Positions 25,847 to 30,457 of a stretch of DNA of 30,457 bases are shown in pieces. Both the position numbers and the translations under genes were made by a program. The number at the start of each line of letters is the position of its first letter. Within the stretch, counting starts at the first letter, position 1. This DNA is from an uncultured Actinomycetes bacterium (GTDB lineage Bacteria > Actinomycetota > Acidimicrobiia > Spongiisociales > DATADW01). The notes beneath the pieces were generated by a model that saw only the letters and a list, made by a program, of their open reading frames with translations, was not told where the DNA came from and ran no database searches. The stretch lies in the NCBI GenBank assembly GCA_963824995.1, contig CAWGRK010000005.1, forward strand, positions 62,001-92,457. The letters are read 5' to 3'.

Positions 25847-26667
25847 CCGCGGACCGTCTTGCGTCCGGGTGGCGGCTTCTGGCCCGTCAGGTCGGGTGGG
25901 AATGGCGGATCTTCTGGCGGACGCCCATATCCGCCTTTTTCACCTTCGTCTTCCCGCTGATGTTTCTCGTGCTCTTCAATCTGCTCTTCTCCGGGTCCAC
26001 ATTCGGCGAGGGGACAGGCGTTGCCTTCGCCCAGGGGTTCACCCCGGCGATCGCGGTGTTCGCCCTGGTCACGTCGTGTTACACCAGCCTGGCGATAGGG
26101 ACCGCCATCTCGCGAGACGAGGGCGTTCTCAAACGGGCATGGGGCACACCACTCCCGAAATGGGCCTACCTCGGCGGACGGATCGGGGCGACGGTGGTGA
26201 TCGGGCTGTTCTCGGTGGCGGTGATGTTCGCGGTCGGCGCGGTCTTCTACGACGTGGTCATCCCCTGGGAACGCGTCCCGTTGATCGTGCTCCTGCTGGT
26301 CATCGGCGCCGGCTGCTTCGCCTCGCTGGGGGTTGCGGTGGCCGGGTTGACGCCGAACGGTCAGGCAGCACCGGCGATCACCAACGCCACGCTGCTCCCG
26401 TTGGCCTTCATCTCAGGGGTGTTCTTCCCTCTCAGCTCTGCTCCGGAGTGGCTCAGCACGCTGGCCAGCATCTTCCCCTTGCGCCCGATGGTCGAGGCGG
26501 TCAGCGAGCAGTTCAACCCGGTGGCGACACCCGCCTTTCCCTGGGCAGAGATCGGGGTGATGGTGCTGTGGGGAGTGCTCGGTGTGATTCTGGCGGCGCG
26601 CTTCTTCACGTGGGAGCCTCGGGCCGGTGGGGCACGGCGGAGGCGTCGCGCCCCCGAAGCCGCCTGA
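25843..26667 (+). CDS. ABC-2 exporter permease
   Basis: FFTFVFPLMFL, RDEGVLKR..GTPLP, FISGVFFP, FPLRP; ATGA overlap with the ATPase. Confidence 0.92.
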   Translation: MTADRLASGWRLLARQVGWEWRIFWRTPISAFFTFVFPLMFLVLFNLLFSGSTFGEGTGVAFAQGFTPAIAVFALVTSCYTSLAIGTAISRDEGVLKRAWGTPLPKWAYLGGRIGATVVIGLFSVAVMFAVGAVFYDVVIPWERVPLIVLLLVIGAGCFASLGVAVAGLTPNGQAAPAITNATLLPLAFISGVFFPLSSAPEWLSTLASIFPLRPMVEAVSEQFNPVATPAFPWAEIGVMVLWGVLGVILAARFFTWEPRAGGARRRRRAPEAA

Positions 26668-26670
26668 TTG

Positions 26671-27185
26671 TCAGAGATAGACGCCCGGGTAGGAACGCTG
26701 CTCTTCCTCGGCCTCGCGCCGGCCCCTGCAGCGCCCTCTGCTGATGTAGTTGCTGTAGTTGCGCCTGTGCCGCCGCCTGTTGGCTCCACAGACTGGCCTG
26801 GATCCCGTGGAAGACACCCTCGAGCCAACCGACCAACTGTGCCTGGGCGACGCGTAACTCCGATTCGCTCGGCACTTCGTTACGAATCGGGATGAACATC
26901 TCGTCGAACTCGTCGAGCAATTCGGGCGAGAGGATCTCTCGCAGCTCGGTCAGTGTCCGCTCGTGGATCTCGAGCAGTCGCCGACGCCCGGCGTCGTCGA
27001 GCGGTGCCTGGCGCACCTCGTCGAGCATCGCTCGTGTCATCGAGGCGATCCGGATCAACTTGGTCGGCTGGCTGACCGGCGGTCCGGAGCCACGCACGGC
27101 GGGAGCAGGCACCTCTACGGCGTCTGGCACCATGGGCTGGCCGGCGTCTGGCACGTGGATTCGGCGCTTGAGCGTCGTCGGGCAT
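26671..27185 (-). CDS. bpa: Bacterial proteasome activator Bpa/PafE, apparently with two +1 frameshifts
   Basis: Core QPTKLIRIASM..MLDEVRQAPLDDAGRRRL..SESELRVAQAQLVGWLEGVFHGIQ. The HbYX tail ...YPGVYL* is in an alternative frame ending at 26671, and the RBS-backed ATG 27185 is in a third frame. Confidence 0.85.
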
Positions 27186-27280
27186 CGCTCCTCCTCGTCT
27201 CGGGGGAGGGTAGGGGCTGGGAGGACACCGGAGCGCCGATGGTACGGCTGTGCACGGCGACTCATTGGAAAGTGTTGCGC

Positions 27281-27293
27281 TATGATGTAGACT
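27281..27293 (+). promoter_or_regulatory. Candidate -10 elements (TATGAT, TAGACT) for the HTH/Tad-like locus
   Basis: TANNNT hexamers in an AT-richer patch of the divergent intergenic region; TACCAT on the minus strand (27239-27244) would serve bpa. Confidence 0.45.
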
Positions 27294-27471
27294 ATCGCCG
27301 AGTACCTCCGGGGGACGGGTCAGTACCGCCTCCCGGGGCACCGTGATCCGGACGGTGACAGCCGTTTGTGCGGCGGAAGATGCGATGTGGCCGGGGGAGG
27401 GGGGGCGCATCGTTGGGCCGTCCGCGGCGTGCGAGGCACGCAGGGGACTGGAGGAAGGACGAAGAATCGAG

Positions 27472-27711
27472 ATGGACGCCAACGATTACCCGCCGATCCT
27501 CGACGCAGCCCATGTCTCCGAGCTGCTGGGAATGAACGTGCAGATGGTCCGCAAGTACGCCAGGGAGGGCAGGATCCCGGCGTACCGCCTCCCCGGCGGC
27601 AGGACGTTCCGCTTCTTCCGCGACGAGATCTTCGGGTTCCTCCGTGAGCACCCGGTCGTCGAGAGCGTTGACGGCTCGGCTGAGCACCAGACAGCCTCCG
27701 AAACCGGCTGA
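27472..27711 (+). CDS. Small excisionase-type/BldC-like helix-turn-helix DNA-binding protein
   Basis: ILDAAHVSELLGMNVQMVRKYAREGRIPAYRLPGGRTFRF fits the HTH_17/MerR-like pattern; GGAGG upstream; start ATG 27472. Confidence 0.85.
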   Translation: MDANDYPPILDAAHVSELLGMNVQMVRKYAREGRIPAYRLPGGRTFRFFRDEIFGFLREHPVVESVDGSAEHQTASETG

Positions 27712-27722
27712 CCCGAGACCAC

Positions 27723-28259
27723 ATGTCGCCCGGGAGCTGGGAGACCCACCCCGACCTTCGCAAGCTCCGGCGGGAGACCGACCGGGAGTTCCGTGAGGAG
27801 GCGGCTGCCGAAGAGGCAGATGCGACGCAGTTGCTACTGCGAAGCCGCACCCTGGCCAACGCCGCCTTCGAGTCGATGGTGCGCGGTGACGAGGTGACGC
27901 TCGCCGCCGGAGGTCGAGAATGGGGCGGTCGGCTCCTCGAGGCCGCCGGCGATCTGGCGGTGATCGACACCGGCTCGCACCGGGTCTGCGTGAGTCTGCC
28001 GGCGCTGAGTTGGCTGCGGATCGACCGTAGGGGGCGTGGGGACGGGCAACGTAGCAGCGGGGCAGTCGGATCGCTCCGGGCCCAACTCGGGGTGTTCGAG
28101 ATCGACGCCGAGAGCGTTGAGATGGTGACCACCGATGGCGGATCGGTCCAAGGTCGGGTGCGAGCGGTGGGCCGTGACCATGTGGACCTGGTCGGGTCCA
28201 CCGGGGTGAACTGGATGGTCGCTCTCGTCGCCGTGGCCGCCGTGGCTGTGCGGCGATGA
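27723..28259 (+). CDS. Conserved actinobacterial hypothetical protein with two small beta-barrel-like repeats
   Basis: Acidic N-terminal helix, then two similar units (GRLLEAAGDLAVID...VSL / GRVRAVGRDHVDL...VAL). Confidence 0.75.
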   Translation: MSPGSWETHPDLRKLRRETDREFREEAAAEEADATQLLLRSRTLANAAFESMVRGDEVTLAAGGREWGGRLLEAAGDLAVIDTGSHRVCVSLPALSWLRIDRRGRGDGQRSSGAVGSLRAQLGVFEIDAESVEMVTTDGGSVQGRVRAVGRDHVDLVGSTGVNWMVALVAVAAVAVRR

Positions 28260-28434
28260 GCCGCCCAGCTTGCTTGTCCGGAGCGCACCTAGTACGAAAG
28301 CATGGTCGAGGGGTTGAAATGACGGGCGGGTGTTGTCACCAAGGGGCGCGCGCCGGCTTGTCGGCGTCCATCGGTTTTCCCGTCGTTCCGCTGCGCCTGC
28401 CAGCCATTCCGAAACTCCACCCCCGGAGACTCCC

Positions 28435-29187
28435 GTGACCACCGAGACCGAGCGAGCGGCGCGCCGCACCATTCCACAGGCAGAGCCGCAACCGCCACCG
28501 CGTCGCGGCCTGCTCACCCGGGTCAAGTTGGGGCACGTGGTTGCGATCGTCGCCGGCCTGCTCGCCGCGGTGACGATGCTCGCCGTGCTTCGCTCCAACC
28601 AGAGCACGGTGGCCGTGGTCACCGCTGCGGTCCCCATCGCCTCCGGCTCGGTGGTGAACGCCGACGACGTGGTGGTCGAGGACGTGCTCCTCTCACCGGA
28701 GTTCGGCGCCCAATTCGTCACCGCCGACGAGATCGACAGGGTGGCCGGATCGGTGGCGCGGCGGCCGATCATCCCCGGTGAGCCGCTGCTCGATACCGAT
28801 CTGGGAGAAGTTGCCGCCTCCGAAGGCCTGCGCGCCATGTCGGTCCCGATCGAGGAGGGCCGCGCCGTGGCCGGGGGTCTCCAGGTGGGCGACCGCGTCG
28901 ACGTGATCGCAGTTGTCGACGGCCTTGCCCGCTACATAGCCACCGATGTCGAGGTGCTCGGTGTCCCGACAGAGGAGTCCACCGGCCTCACCGAGGCCAC
29001 CGGTGGGTTCGCTCCCACCCTGGCGGTGAGCGACGAGCAGGCGCTCCAGATCGCCTCGGCGCTAGGTGCCGCCGAGGTCCATCTGGTCCGCTCGACCGGG
29101 GCGCCCGACGTCAGCGTCGAGGAGGTCGCCCCCATTGAACGCACCGAGGGGGGCACCGACCTGACCACCGCCACCACCGTCCCGTGA
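28435..29187 (+). CDS. cpaB: SAF-domain CpaB/RcpC-like pilus assembly protein
   Basis: N-terminal TM, SAF (VVTAAVPIASGSVV; VARRPIIPGEPL), GLRAMSVPI..AVAGGLQVGDRVDVI, TLAVS; start set at GTG 28435 after GGAG. Confidence 0.85.
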   Translation: MTTETERAARRTIPQAEPQPPPRRGLLTRVKLGHVVAIVAGLLAAVTMLAVLRSNQSTVAVVTAAVPIASGSVVNADDVVVEDVLLSPEFGAQFVTADEIDRVAGSVARRPIIPGEPLLDTDLGEVAASEGLRAMSVPIEEGRAVAGGLQVGDRVDVIAVVDGLARYIATDVEVLGVPTEESTGLTEATGGFAPTLAVSDEQALQIASALGAAEVHLVRSTGAPDVSVEEVAPIERTEGGTDLTTATTVP

Positions 29188-29188
29188 G

Positions 29189-30436
29189 ATGACCGAGCGT
29201 CGCCGGGCCCGAATCGAACCCGCGGTAGCCCTCGGCTCGTCCGCCCGCTCATGGGCGGGCGAGTTGATGAGCTACGCAAAGGACCACCCCGGTGTGAGGG
29301 TGGTTGGAACGATTCTCTCGTCGGCCGATGCCATGGAACTCGGGTACGACGTCCTGATCCTCGACGACACGTCCAGCTTCCTCACCCCCCGGTTGATCGA
29401 TCGGTTGCAGCGCAGCGATAGGGCCGTGATCGGCGTCTACGACCCGGAGAGGGGCGGTCCGGGTCGTTCCCGGCTGCTCGAGATGGGGGTTGATGCCGTG
29501 GTCGTCGCCTCGGCTTCGCCGGAGGACATCGTGGGGTCGATCGAGGAGGTCGTCGAGCGGCGCGACCTGGTCCAGAGGTTCGCCGAGGTGCTCGGACCCG
29601 ATCTCACCACCGAGTCCATTCCCCAGTCCGCCCTTCCGGCCGAGCCGGTGAGCGATGCCGGGCGGGTGGGGAGGGTGGTGGCGGTCACCGGTGCCAGCGG
29701 GGTTCTCGAGGTTCTGGTTGGGCTTGGCACTCATCTGGCCGGGTGGCGGCACCCCACGCTGCTGGCCGACCTCGACACGTTGGAGCCCGCTCTGGCGCAA
29801 CGTCTCGATGTGGAACTGACCCCCAACGTGGTCACCGCCCTCGAAGCGCTCCGATTCCGCTCCGATCTGACCCGTGAGTTCGCCTACCACTCCGGCGGGT
29901 TCGCCGTACTCGGTGGGCTACCAAACCCCCGGGAGTGGGCCACGCTGGCAGAGGATGAGATCGTGGACCTGCTCGAGCAACTCACACTGGCTTTCGAGGT
30001 CGTGCTGGTCCGCATCGACCGTCACCTCGAGGACCTCTCCACCCTGACCGGGGCGGCGGGCAGGTTCGGAGCGAGCCGCGCCGTGGCTGCAACCGCCGAT
30101 GCCATTGTCGGAGTCGGTGATCCCTCGCCGGTCGGTGTTGCCGGGATGCTCGGCTGGTTGGGTGACCTGAGCACGGTCACCTCGGCACCGGTGCATCTCG
30201 TGCTCAACCGGATCCGACCTGGTCCGTTCCAGCGCCACGAGGTGATGGAGGAGCTTCGCCGCTCCTTCACCCCGGCATCGGTGACGCTGCTCCCCGATGA
30301 CAACCGCCTGCCACGTGCCTCATGGCAGGGCGAGCCGGTCTATTCGGGCAAGTTCATGAAGGCCTTGGCGCCGCTCGCCGCCGCTCTCGGTGCGGCCGGC
30401 TCACCGGTGCGGGCCGAGGCGGGAGCCACCCTGTGA
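29189..30436 (+). CDS. CpaE/TadZ-like protein (atypical receiver domain + degenerate MinD/ParA domain)
   Basis: Receiver-like N-terminus (DVLILDD), VVAVTGASG, LLADLD, LVLNR; directly follows the cpaB-like gene. Confidence 0.75.
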   Translation: MTERRRARIEPAVALGSSARSWAGELMSYAKDHPGVRVVGTILSSADAMELGYDVLILDDTSSFLTPRLIDRLQRSDRAVIGVYDPERGGPGRSRLLEMGVDAVVVASASPEDIVGSIEEVVERRDLVQRFAEVLGPDLTTESIPQSALPAEPVSDAGRVGRVVAVTGASGVLEVLVGLGTHLAGWRHPTLLADLDTLEPALAQRLDVELTPNVVTALEALRFRSDLTREFAYHSGGFAVLGGLPNPREWATLAEDEIVDLLEQLTLAFEVVLVRIDRHLEDLSTLTGAAGRFGASRAVAATADAIVGVGDPSPVGVAGMLGWLGDLSTVTSAPVHLVLNRIRPGPFQRHEVMEELRRSFTPASVTLLPDDNRLPRASWQGEPVYSGKFMKALAPLAAALGAAGSPVRAEAGATL

Positions 30437-30457
30437 CCAGCCGGCGCTCCAGCGCAT
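30433..30457 (+). CDS. Start of the next coupled gene (truncated; product not determinable, TadA/CpaF expected by synteny)
   Basis: GTGA overlap with the stop at 30436; only 8 codons are visible. Confidence 0.35.

Noticed and set aside
27118..27154. 13-bp direct repeat CGGCGTCTGGCAC (24-bp period)
   Set aside because: It encodes VPDA twice in the disordered Bpa N-terminus; a small coding duplication, not a target-site duplication.
27472..27711. HTH gene as a prophage or ICE excisionase
   Set aside because: No integrase, tRNA, att-like repeats or phage genes in the window.

Overview
High-GC actinobacterial chromosomal DNA, probably Acidimicrobiia-like (inferred from a Bpa proteasome activator, a DUF222/13E12 HNH gene, TANNNT leaderless promoters and an actinobacterial SOS box). 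From left to right the window holds: (i) a regulator-rich block with an edge-truncated AAA/STAND regulator, a flavin monooxygenase, two paralogous tandem-HD-GYP + LuxR-HTH regulators, an alpha/beta hydrolase and a multiply frameshifted DUF222-HNH gene; (ii) a partial pyrimidine/beta-alanine catabolism cluster (CoxG, nitrilase-family amidohydrolase, class III aminotransferase) interrupted by a DUF4097 gene and a small opposite-strand membrane gene; (iii) a formylglycine-generating enzyme followed by membrane/transport genes; (iv) a coupled membrane protein-small protein-mogA operon, cytosine deaminase, a Na/Ca antiporter, ino1 with a divergent LysR, and an ABC exporter; (v) a frameshifted bpa and the start of a Tad/Flp-like locus headed by a BldC/excisionase-type HTH gene. 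The strongest signal is a 16-bp palindrome (TGGGGAG-TT-CTCCCCA) lying exactly 23 bp from a TAGNNT -10 element in front of both enzymes that neighbour the HD-GYP-LuxR genes; one copy is embedded in the regulator's own coding sequence. No CRISPR array, rRNA or tRNA was recognised. All family calls are from motif recognition by eye, not database searches.
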